Assembly (NCBI GenBank): GCA_008632985.1
Contig: QPGO01000135.1
Location: forward strand, 62,001-126,000
Reading direction: 5' to 3'
Length of the DNA: 64,000 nucleotides
From: Psammoneis japonica
Taxonomy: Eukaryota
The first letter of the stretch is position 1; each line of letters opens with the position of its first letter. This document shows, piece after piece, positions 24,920 through 36,689 of the stretch. Below the pieces are notes generated by a model. The model made no database searches. It saw nothing but the letters and a program-made list of their open reading frames with translations, and was not told the DNA's origin. The position numbers and the translations under genes are program-made.

Positions 24920-27900
24920 TCACTGGTGATGGGGTACAATCTGCCGTAGATTGCACGCATCTGTCAGCGCTCCATTCTGGACATGCAACGTGCCGTTGTC
25001 ACACACACGGACAACTCTGGCGGGTCCTGCACAGCTGTCAGAACCGCACTTAGAGGATTGTTCCTGTTTGACAAGCACCAATTGCCCTGCGGTACATTGA
25101 TGCTCCTTGCGTTTCTGATTTTCACGCTTGTTGTTTAAGTGGATGAGCTTCTGCTTTCTGGTTTCTATGTGCTTCCACTTGGCACGATGGGCAATGGATA
25201 AAACCGCATCGCGTCCGAAGACCAGTTGCATGGGACTTGCACGCGTGGTCACATGTGCTGTAGCTCTAATGGCGAAGGCTGCTGCGGAGAGGATGCCACT
25301 CCATGGGTCATCTTCGTCCAGTTCCACACCCTGTGCTGAAAAGGAATGCACCATGTTACCAAGTGTCTGGTGTGCACGTTCCACTGTGGCATTCACCTGT
25401 GGATTCCGTTTGCTCATGGGTTTCTTCAAAATCCCGTGGTCATTTTTAATCATCTGGCTAAATTCTGCCATAAATTCTGTCCCACGGTCATAAACCACCT
25501 GGGTTGGCCACGGACATCTGCGTGGCCACATTTGTTCCACGACGTTTGCTGCGACGTCTGCGCGTTTCATGGACACTTCTTTAATCTCGAACCACCCGGT
25601 TGCTGGGTCAATCATTGTGACTGCCCACAATTGCAAAGTGTCCTTTCCGCGTCTTTGAATTTTGTGTGGCCCTGTCATGTCTGTGCACAGAGTCTCCCAT
25701 GGAATTATCTCTGCGACCTTTTCTGGCAGCTTCCCATGACGCTGCGTTCGGCGTTTTGTCTTCTGGCATCGATCGCACTCAACGCACGTAGAATGCACCG
25801 TAGACCTCATGCTGGGCCAACAGAAGTGCTGGGCAATGGATGTTTCCGCACGTGTCTCACCTGGATGACACAGTGTCTCGTGGTGCCATTCAGTTAGCGG
25901 AACCTGCAATGACTGTGGTGCTGCGATTTTGTCCTTATGACAGATTAACTGTCGTGATGACCCTCCCCCACGACACGCGCGAATGGAGCAGTCGGACGAG
26001 TCCTTGGCTCGTAAGAGCAGGTGCTTGTCCTTTTGTTGTGCTTTTTGAATGCGCTTGAAGCTAATGGGCAGAGACATCTCATCTTGCGCGTCTGCATTAA
26101 AAGCTTCATGCAAAGGACGACTCAATGGAGTGTCTTTTACATCCGGATTGGCCTCGGAAGGCAAGCTGGGTGTCAGTCGAAGGCGGCTAAGAGCGTCAGC
26201 GACTGGGCCATGGGTGCCCTTAACATGGCGTAATTCGGGACCGCATTCTTCGCATGTCAACCGCCAGCGCATGACGCGCTCGGCATTGAATGCTTTGCAC
26301 GTAAGATTTTTATGATCAGCACATGCAATCACACGATGACCAAGGAGAATCGTTCGAAATTCTTTCAACGTCTCCACAATGGCAAGTGATTCTCTCTCCG
26401 TTGTTGTGTGATTTAATTGCGCACTGTCAAGCTTTCTGCTGTAAAAGGCGACAGGTTCATTGTCTTGGGATGTGACTGCTCCCAATTGATGTTTAGAGGC
26501 ATCGGCGTGCATCTCAAAGGGTTCATTAAAATCAGGATGTGATGACAAAACATCATCCGATGTCACCCGTTTAACGGTTTCGAACGCCTCGTCTTCAACA
26601 GACGTCCACTCCCACTTGACAGTCTCGCTTGCGAGTCGTGTTGGCGGAGCCAAGACTTCAGAGCATCTAATCCACATGTCACAGCAGCAGTTCACCATGC
26701 CAACAAATGAGCGCAGGTCGCGTTTGTTGGTTGGGGTCGCGATTGCTTAATGGCGTTGACTTTGTTGGGTGTTGGTCGCACTCCGTCTCTGTCAACCAGA
26801 CAACCCAAGTGCTCTAATTGGGTTTCACAGAAGTGAGATTTAGCTGAGTTAACTTTTAGTCCTGCTTTCTGGACCCTCAATGAAACTTCTTCAAGTTTGT
26901 TGAGGTGATCTTCACAGGTGCCTTTCGTCATGACGAGAAGGTCATCTAAGTGCGTTCGAACGAACGACAGATCTTCAAACAAGCCTGACATGCGTTCTTG
27001 GAAAATGTCTGGCGAATTGCGTGATCCCATGGGCAATGCCTGCATCTCACACTTGCCCCACGGGAAGATGAGCGTGCAGAGCTTCTTGCTGTCAGCATCC
27101 AATCGGATGTGATGACAGCCCACATTTAGATCCAGCGATGTGGCCCACACAAAGCCTTCGAGCCAAGCAGCATGTCTTGGGTGTGAGGAATCGGATGAGG
27201 CAATCGCTTGATCCGTTTGTTCAGCTCTCTGAAATCATTAATGAAGCGTGCCGTTAAATCCTTCTTCGGTGTGATAAATGATGGAGCTGCCCATTGGGAT
27301 CGGTTGACGCGTTTGAGAACACCGATGCGCACCAGGCGTTCTATTTCTTTACGTAGCGTAGCTTCGTACGCACGAGGCACTTTATACGGACGAGCGTGGC
27401 ATGGTTCTACACCCTCCTTAAGTTGGATATGGTAGGGTTCTCCCTTCCATTCTCCTAACGTCCCATCAAATAAAGACTCATGGCGTTTCAATAGTGCCAA
27501 AAGGTCATTTTGTTGAACTATAGAAAGTTTTATTGCCCCTCGCGTTATGTCCTCGAGGCAGGCCGGCGCGTACTTAGCGTCTAAAATACGCGAAATCCGG
27601 TCGGTTTCCGAAGATAAGGCTTCTGGATCTTGAAGATAGAAGGAGGTTTCTACCGTAGCATCTACGTGCCTCATTGGTACTTCTCCATTGACTAATGGCC
27701 ACTCTATCATCTGTTTAGAGAAGACAATATCAATGCCTTGTGTCTCCAGAATGTCACGTCCAATAATCATATCGTACTTGCCCAACTTTCCGTTGTGTAC
27801 GTGGACGGTATGTTTAAGTTCTCCAGTTTCGGACAATTCTGGTAACCGAAATTTAACGGTGCAGTCGTTAGACGTGCTGAACGAGCCTGCTACCGTAGTC

Positions 27901-28139
27901 CAGTTTGTCTCAGCCGTTGAATGGCTTCGTAGACGTTTACAGTGTCGACTGTCGAGTAGAGCACTGCTGGCGCCACTGTCTAGCAGTGCCTTGATGGTTT
28001 GAGTCTTGCCCTTGCCATGTTTGGCATTCATGGCTGTGAACAAGATTGGAGTGAGATGAGTCTTTTTAACTCGTTTGCGGGATTGGCCTGCAACACGTGT
28101 ACGATGGTAATTCAGTTGTTCATTTGTACATTCATCCAA
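24920..28139 (-). pseudogene. pol: gypsy pol (PR-RT-RNase H-IN), frameshifted
   Basis: ALLDSGAS protease; WAAPSF, DFRELNK, LPMG, VRTHLDDLL RT; HADASK, ERESLAIV, DHKNL RNase H; HPG...C..C, DMTGP, DRGTEF, VERAH integrase. Confidence 0.95.
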
Positions 28140-28175
28140 TGTGTTAAAACCACCTGCATCATGTCGGCCCCCTTC

Positions 28176-29255
28176 TCAGGCGTCCGAATCTTCGGAATCA
28201 CTCAAGTTGAGGTCGCGGAAGTGATTGAGCTCCTCCTCGCGTGCCTTGCGCTTTTTCTGAGCGTTGGCAAAGAACTCCTCGACCTTCGATCCGATGAGAG
28301 TGTCAATGTCTTCCTCATTCCGAGGTTTTGCATTGGGCTTGCTGCCTCCATTGTTGGAATGTCCAGTCTTGACACGTTTCACGTGGTGCTTGAGCTGATG
28401 GCAATCCTCCGTGTGATGTCCACAGTTAGTCCCGTGCAGCATGCACGACTTCTGGGTGTTCCGTTGGGTCGTGATCAACGACTCAGGATTGTCCGTTCTA
28501 CGTCCCCGCTTGCGTGGAACCTCAGCATGTTGGTCCTGGTTACCTTCGGCAAGCTCGACCTGCTCGATGTGCTCGCAGAACTGCATAAATTCGGCGACAG
28601 CATGCGCCAACGGGTCAAAATTCTGCAGTGTCATGAACTTCTGCCATGCGTTCGGCACACCGCACTCGAACATGTCGCATGGTTCATCATCAGGCAATGG
28701 TGCCAGGTGCTTCTCCATCCTCCGTCACGGGTGGAAACTGAGAGACACAGCCGTTAATTTCAACAGCCCTCGCGACGCAGTCACGAGTGGAAACCTCTGC
28801 GGGCTTGCGCATGAAGCGCCTCAGATGACGCTTCTGCAACAGCACCGCCCCATGTGGGAAGATACTTTCCTTTAGCTTCGCGACGCATGCTGCGTGCGCA
28901 GCATTGGTTTGGGGTGCCTGCTTGTCAGCGGCATTGTCAAATGACGTCAGAGCATCGCCCTGCAGCAGGTCACGCACAAGGGCAAATTTCGCTGGCCCAG
29001 TCGTGATGTTTTGTCCTTCGTGCATGCAATCCACGTTGCGCAGAAAGATCAGGAGTGTCTCGCATGTAGCCATGGAAAGGTGCGGAATGCCCATCTCGTG
29101 TGTTGGACCACCCGGATCAGTGGGGTTGTTGCGCAGCTTGAACGTCTGGCACTCGCCCTGCTGCAGCTCTTTCTTCTCCGGCCGTGCGAACGGAATCGGC
29201 GGCTCAACCTGCTTCTTCATGGTCGTTTTAAGATTTGTCGGTCCCACCAACATTT
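28176..29255 (-). pseudogene. gag: gypsy gag, frameshifted near 28720
   Basis: QKRHLRRFMRKP, GVPNAWQ, CMLHGTNCGHHTEDC knuckle-like motif; lies upstream of pol. Confidence 0.8.
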
Positions 29256-29314
29256 CGTAGTTTCGTTTCTGTAGATTTCGTTGCCTCGCACAACATGCGG
29301 GAGCAATGTCACTG

Positions 29315-29724
29315 TGCCCCATGTGTGCACTGGGCGCTGAAAAAGAAGATGTGTTACGACTTTGTCGTTGTGAAAATTATGAGCTAGTTTAGAGTAGAGA
29401 AAATGGGATCATGTGAACAGGGAATCTTGCCAAATCCCTGTTCGTTCGCATTTGGATCGCATCAAATCGATCGTGCATTCGCATTGTGGATCGTGCGAAT
29501 CAAGCCATCACGCGCCATGCACGAGTGATGTCATCGTGTGGAATCACGCTGCCATCGTGGGCCAGACGACGGGCCAGTGTGCTTCACACGGATGCTCTCT
29601 TGGCATCCTTCTGGAATTGCCTGAGACCTAGAGCCACGCCCTCCTGTGGTCGTGCTTCCCAGGTGCGTGTTGACATGGCTCACACACGGTCTCACCGTGT
29701 TGTCCAGCAGCGAGGCATGCTGCA
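29315..29724 (-). repeat. 5' LTR of gypsy
   Basis: Direct repeat of 24450-24880 with a ~20-bp deletion near 29675. Confidence 0.93.
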
Positions 29725-30565
29725 GCATGTCTGGATGGCATGACAAGTGTTGCCCTTGTGGACTGCTTCTAAAAATTGTTTTTGTGGAAGAGGCAGCACG
29801 TGTTGTGACAGCAAAGTTCTCTGTGGCGGCGGGGTTGCCCCAGTTGATTGTGGCAGATGCGGGCTTGCTCTTTGCAGGCATCTTTGTCCAGCTGTTTGAA
29901 ATCATCCAAGTTCCAGTGTCGCCAGTGCTGCAAGAAAATCATCAGGTGGCGTGCAATCAGCAGCTCAACTGACATTTAAACAAGGTGGTGTGCATCAATG
30001 TGGCCAACACGTCGTCAATGGCATTGTGGAAGCAAGCAGTGCATTTCACCTTGTGCGCCTGGGGTGCATCACCAACCAACATGACGGATCTGCCCGGATC
30101 AAATTGCGAGTGAGTTGAGGCTCAATTGTTGGTGCTGACAGATTGAGTCTTCTTGTGCCGCACTGCAGCCTCCATCAAGCATCTTCATTGTTGCGGCAGA
30201 TGCCGCAGACTGCATCAAATGCTGCGGTCCCAATCATGACATTTAATTTCCCACGAGGTTGGAAAAAAATGGGCCATCATGGTCACTGAAAGCTGCGGCC
30301 ATTTTGGCTGTTTGTTGGCTCAAATTTGCTCTGTTTGTTTTGCTCAAAAGCCATTGATGTGATCATTTTTAAACAAAATGTCAACAATGTTGAACAACGC
30401 ACAAAACACTGATTTTTTGTGCAAAAACGGGCATGAGCATGCCACCCAAAAAGTCTGGAACAAGCGGGTGGCATGGACACGAGATTTCTCCAAATGAATT
30501 CAGAGCTTGCAGAGGCACCGGTCAAGCAATGGTCAGGGTTCCTCCCCCAAGGCAGTTGGAAGAAA

Positions 30566-30822
30566 GATGGGCTCCAGTGCAAGTTTGCCAAGCAATGAAA
30601 ATGCAAATGACTGCCAACAGAAAAAGAGGCAATTTTGCGAACGTGTCTCCTCCTTCACACTTGGAGCACATCATCAACAGCTTGCCTGGGTGCACTCTGC
30701 AGACACCAAAGAACACATCCAGTGCACACAGAAATGTGCACATGCGACATGCAACGCAATCTAAAAAACCATTGATGTCACATTGCAGCAGTGCAAGGTC
30801 CCACCTGCAGCTGGAGCACATT
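30566..30822. mobile_element. MITE, internally deleted
   Basis: Degenerate TIRs; TSD GAAA; same insertion site as 55913-56226. Confidence 0.8.
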
Positions 30823-33800
30823 GAAAGCAGAGCCTGGTGCGGAGCGGGCATTTGAGCTGATGGAAAGCATGTGGAGCGATGATCCTCCGGATGACAGATT
30901 GGAAGAATCCAGCAACAAAGAAGAGCCGCAATCCCAGCAGGATGACAAACAGATTCAGAAGAGCAGGTCATGGATGACCTGGACAGTGAATCTGATGACA
31001 AGCTTCCCGGCAACAAACTGCGCCAAGCATGAGCCTGCAAATTGGCTCCTCAAGGCTGTCTTTCAGATGTGGTTTGACCACAGCAACCCAACTCATGATC
31101 CGCAACGAAGCCAGCGACGACTCTTCTGTTGCTTCAGACTTGCCAGCTCCTCTCTGAAGTGTTTTCCTTGCTTTGCTGCATTTTCCATCTGCGTCTTTCA
31201 CAGTGCACTTCATTTTTGCATTTTGTTTCTCTCTTTCAGTTTTGCAAACATTCGCCCAAGTTGCTTTGTGCTTGAGCTGAGTTCTGCACTTCGCCCATTT
31301 TCCATTTCTTTTCCCTTCTTCTCTTTGCTTTCCCTTCAGCCTCACCTTTTGGCCTTTGCCTGCTGTCCACTGCCCCAACCCTGTCAAATTGACACACAAT
31401 TTTTTGTTTGGCGGTGTCATTTTTTTGTCAGTTTGTCTGTGGGTGTGTCATTTCCATGCTGACCTGAAATTTGATTTTTGTGCTTGGTGGCGTCACATTG
31501 TCCGTGCTCCCCTTTCCCATTTCCTTTTCCCCGCTCCCATTTGTCATGTGAGGGAAGGCTTGATCAGCTGGGCTGCTTGTTTCAGCGCTCAAATGCCAAG
31601 CATGGTGGCCGCCATTGAGGCTGGCTGCACAACGGTGGTCATTGCAGCCTTTGCTGCGATCAAGCAGCTGCGCCCCGGCGACATTGCAGAAGATCCGGTG
31701 CTGATGGTTTGGTTCCTGGACAGAGCAGCCCACCCACATGACTTTCTTGAATTGGCAAAAACAAGTCGGTCCTCAAGCCCTCCACCGCAGCGCAATCCCT
31801 CGCCATGGAACACGAGCTCTCTGCCCAAGCGGGCCAACTCATCAAGTCTCTCTCGGCGATCAGACCACTCGATGGGCACCCACACTTTTCCCCCACATTC
31901 CCAGCCCAAGTGTCATGCATCCATGAAAGGAGCAACTTGGGATGAGCAAGAGGCGGAGTGCCATCTGATCCAGATGCGTGAGCTTCTGTGGCTGCCAAGC
32001 TTTTTGGAGTTGTCCATTGGCCAGTTGGGCATTCTGCCTGAGCCGACTCTCTTGCAAAGACTCCAGAGAATGCCGGCAATTGCAGCAGTTGCCCATGTGA
32101 CCACTGCTGTGTTTCTCGCCAAGGCACCATCGCACCACACTGTCCCAGTTGATCCAGGACAGCAGAACACCAACGCTGTCATTCCCACCCTGGCCTCAAT
32201 CACTTCCACCACTCCAGGCTTTTCATCTGCCCAGATGACTTCATTGGGGCATTGCAAGTCTCCTGCAGGTGCAAAGAAAATGCAATGTTCAGCGCTGAAG
32301 AAAAAGAGCAATGATGTTGCTTTGTTTCTTCAATCGTGCCCGCTTGATTGACAAGAAGCTTGGATGCATTGCTTTGTGTGCCACTTGTCTTCCATGTCTT
32401 GCAATCTTTGGAACAATTGCTTCTTGCCAAAGGAGCTGTTGGAGATCCAGCGGAAAGCAGTGTGCACGATTTTTGCAAAGTGTGGGTGCAATCGCAGTGC
32501 GAAACGTGATGCACTGTTCGGCCCGTGTGCTCTTGGTGGAGGTGGCTTTCGTGCATTGGATGTGGAGCAGGGCACATCACAATGCATGCAGTTTCTCCGA
32601 CACTGGTGCGGCTGTGGTCAGCCTCATGTTCTGTCATGCATTGCAGTGGCATGGGCACAGCTTCAACTGGGCACAGGCATCAGCTTCTTGCAGGATGTTC
32701 AGTCCAAACTGCCTCACTCCAAATCCAAATGGCTGATGTCTTTGCAATCATTTTTGGCTCGAATCAATGCCTTGTTTGCCTTGGACAATGTGGGTGTTTC
32801 ACCTCTTCAATGTGATGATGATCAGTGCATCATGGATGTTGTCCTCAAGTCTGGAAAATTTTCTGACAAGGAGATCCGATTGCACCTCAATGTGCTTGCG
32901 GTTTCCGATGTCACTCTCCCTGATGGTCAATCCCCAGACGACTTCAAATTGGCAGGTGAGCAATCGCTTTTCAGCAGTTGTTCATCACTCAACCCAGTGG
33001 AGCAGCAACCCCCTCTGTTCGGGTGTGGAAGCAGTGTCATCGTGCATGTGCACTCTTGTGTGAGGACGACTCTTCTGAACTGAAGTGTCCTTTGGGACAA
33101 TGGGTCCCAGCTGCCACCAAAATGCACGTGCTGTTCCCAGCTTGTTTCGAACCAAGTGAACAGTTCTTGTGCATTCGATCAGATCTCGGCTGTGATGTCT
33201 GTTCAATCAAAGACAGATGCACGGAATCCTTGCATCAATTGGAGGCTGTTCCAGATTTGTCTCCATTGGCATCTCCCGTCATGGTCGACGCTGCCAATGA
33301 TGGCAGATGGCATCTGCAGTGCCCTGTGCAAAAACAGGGTCTAAGTGCTTGGTCGAAAGAGGTTGACAATTCGTGTGTTGTGAAAATTATAAGATCACTT
33401 TATTTAGAGTGCAAATGCGTGATGGTGTCTTTTTCCAAGAAACAAGAATTCTTGTCACACAACAAGTCATTGGAAAGACTTAAGCACAAGTCTTTTGCAA
33501 CACTTGTTGACACTCATGCGGAGCCAATTTGCAGGCTCATGCTCGGCACTGCGCACATCCTGCGCAGACCCTTCATGCAAGGTGAGTCACGCACGCGATG
33601 GCCAGTTGCGCCGGTCTCAGTCGTGTGGGTCCCTCCTGCAGCCTGTCGCAGGTCTCGCACCAGGAGTCGTGTTTTCTGCAACATGCTTCTGCGGGATCAG
33701 CGTTGCTGCGGACAGCCTGCAGATGCAGGAAAGTGGCATCATCGGCGGCCACGGCAGGGATGCCCACTGCACTCGCCCCTGTGACAAGGTCGTGCGAGTG

Positions 33801-34054
33801 ACAGAAGGGTCCCACTGCTGGAAAAGGACATTTTTTGTTGTGTCCAAAAAACCAGCACACCTTCTCGTACACGAAGGATGACATTTTCATTGACTTGAAC
33901 AAATGTGGCTGGCCCTGCACAACAGTTGTCGGTGCCACCATTTGTCCGTTGTTCATGCTCAATTCTCACGCATGTCAGTTGAGCGGAGTGTTTTCTGATT
34001 TCTGTCCGAGACTTGCCTCCACTTGTTGCAAAAGGCAACAGACAATCTTGCATC

Positions 34055-34443
34055 AATGGGTTCCAGTCCCAGGTGGGACTTTTTGTGACATTTGCCCCGC
34101 AGAATTCTACGTACGAGCTCTGCAGTTCGTACTCTGGTCAATGGACACATTTGTCTTCGACATAAAACAGACAGCCAAGTTTGTGGCACATGCATCTCTG
34201 TTCGTACTCGAAGTTTTGGACAATGCGCCTGCCCTGCGCCATTCTTAAGACACTCGAGAATGGCGCAGAAGAAAAAAACATTAAAAGTTGTTGAATGGAT
34301 TGCCTGACAATTGTGCTATAAAATGAAGCAAAATTTCGCCAAAATCACGTAGAAATGCACGTGCGCGACATGTGACGCGATTCAAAAAACTGTCGATGTC
34401 ACAGTTCAGCAGTGCGAGGTCCCACCTAGACCTGGAATGCATC
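34055..34443. mobile_element. MITE
   Basis: TIR family as 19804; TSD CATC. Confidence 0.9.
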
Positions 34444-36452
34444 CATCACGTCCGAAGACCAACTGCATTGGAGTTGCCTTGGCAGTGGTCTGCACAATTG
34501 CACGTGCCGTACAGCAAAGGTCGTGGCAGAAAGTTTCAGTCCAAGGGTCGTCTTCGTCTAGCTCCATGTTCTTGTGCTTGGAGCACTGTGTCAAGAACGC
34601 GCGCATGCGGCAGTGTCAAGTTTCCAATCGTCTGATGCACGCGTTCCACCATGGAATTCGACCTGGGCAAAAAAAAAAAGAAAAAAAGGTGGCGCATCGA
34701 CACGCGTGCAGAGTTGATCAGGCTCTACATTCTGTCATGGCAACACCCATTCTGTCTTTGACAGGCAAAGCAAAATTTTTGCTCGTGTCACATTCTTTCA
34801 CCTTCACGAAAGAACGCATCAAATTCGCACTTGAGTGGCGGGCTTTTCGTCACAAAGCTCTTTTTTGCGCCAGTTCAGGTTTTTTTTTTTGAAGTTTACA
34901 TGCCTTTTTCGACATTTTTGAATTTTTCCGGGCATTTTGTAACTTTGACAATTTGCAGCCGAAGTGTCATGTCCTTGTTCGGCGTTTGAAAACGGCACTC
35001 TTTCTTTCCATTTGTTGAGCAATGGTCTGCAGTCCATGAGCGGTCAAGTGCTCTCATCACATGACGTCTCGTTCAGCACTTCTTACACAAAAGCAATGTG
35101 CAGCAGAGGAGAGCACATGTTGTGCTCGTGTGTGCATGCTTTTCTCGCATGATGGGTTTTTCCGTTCAAACCTTCGAGCGTTGTGTCAATTAACGTCTCG
35201 CACCCAAATGTCAGCGCATGCAGTCATTCTTGCTGCGCATCATTCTTTGCATGTGCAGGCCTTTCGTCTGACGTGCCATTCGGCCTTTTTCTTTTTACGT
35301 GGCAGACAGTGTCTTTGCTGCTGTGCGGTCATTCTCACATTCAAGTGTAAACAAATGACGTGTGCACAATGACAGTGTGCACAGAATCAACCACATCATG
35401 CAGAATGACATGAGCATCAGCTCTAAGGCCATTTGTGGGCCTTGCAGAAATGTCATGTCTGTTCTGCGTCCCAGAGACGTGGAAAACACACCACAGGCAG
35501 TGTCACAAGTCATTTTCTGTTGACACTTTGTCTTGGGCCTTTTGGCACATCTAAACTGCCATTCTCGTGTAGTTTGCAGTGCTGCCTTCTTGGCAGTCAT
35601 CGGTGTCAGCATCTTTCTCACCGGCATTGAACAAATTTAGAACAAGATTCTCAAATCGCTCACGAAATGCGACATCTGCGGTTTTCGTGTCAGGCGCATT
35701 GAATCTTGGAGTTCTCATCTTGTGCTGACACATGCAGAGAGAGCCATTTTTGACAAGATCACTTCTCTCATCATTCGGCAGCGCTTGCAGCGCATCACCG
35801 CCATTGTCAATCGCTGAAAGTTCTGAAAAACACTCGCACGCGTTCTTGCCGCACGATTGCCATTTTGGCGACTTTTTGCTTTCTGCTGTCCTCCCAAGGA
35901 AACAGTCATAGAGAACAGGACAATGACATTCTGTTGTGTCCCGCTCTTCTCTGCAGAACGGCTGACAGTCATGGCCAGTTAAATGAAGGGCATTCTTGCA
36001 CTCACTGAGAGTGACGTTGCCATGCCCTGTTCAAAAATGGGGTCTGAGCACTTGGTCGAAAGAGGTTGATAATTCGTGTGTTGTGAAAATTGTGAGATTA
36101 ATTTGTTTAGAGTACAAATGCGCGATGGTGTCTTTTTCCAAGAAACAAGAATTCTTGTCATGCAACAAGTCATTGGAAAGACTTGGCGCGCACAGCCCGC
36201 GAAAACTGCGCGCGACAACCACCCCTTGTTCGCATGACTGCATCAACTGTGTGACATCCACTTCCTTGCTCAAGCACAAGTCTTTTGCAACACTTGTTGA
36301 CACTCATGCGGAGCCAATTCACAGGCTCACACTCGGCACTGCGTGCATCCTGCGCAGACCCTTCATGCGAGGTGAGTCACGCACGCGATGGCCAGTCGCG
36401 CCGGTCTCAGTCGTGTGGGTCACTCCTGCAGCCTGTCGCGGGTCTCGTACTA

Positions 36453-36689
36453 CCCTGATCATCATAGAAAATCTGCACTCCAGATTTTGGTTTAAAACAG
36501 GTGCAGATTTTCAAGGCTTCCGGAGAAATGGGTGCAGATTCTCAAAAAGCACAGATTTTCATTGATTTGGCTAAAACTGGCTTTGGATTTTCTCAGATTT
36601 GAAGAACCCCTTCCAGGCAGGCCTGGCGTGTTCTACGTGCATCCTGCGCACATTTGCACTGGGGTGCAGATTCCAGATTTCCGTTCAGG
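36453..36689. mobile_element. Small insertion with imperfect inverted ends inside an LTR
   Basis: Absent from paralogous LTRs (33660, 42795); subterminal inverted aatctgcactccag and ctggggtgcagatt. Confidence 0.6.

Larger units (their letters stand above)
24450..29724 (-). mobile_element. Full-length degenerate Ty3/gypsy LTR retrotransposon
   Basis: LTRs 24450-24880 and 29315-29724 (TG...CA); 4-bp TSD GCAC/GCAT; PPT (cactccccc on +, 24881-24889); order gag-PR-RT-RNase H-IN. Confidence 0.95.

Noticed and set aside
24920..28139. Alternative genetic code (Cys/His codons read as Tyr)
   Set aside because: TAY codons persist at conserved Tyr in the same ORF (27340-27985), both TGY and CAY replace them, and non-coding LTRs and TSDs show the same change.
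36005..36022. Canonical TGG primer-binding site for the gypsy-type elements
   Set aside because: The minus strand reads TGGCAAC here but CAGTGAC at the equivalent site (29308-29314); the TG/CA swaps mean the TGG could itself be a mutation product, so no primer is assigned.
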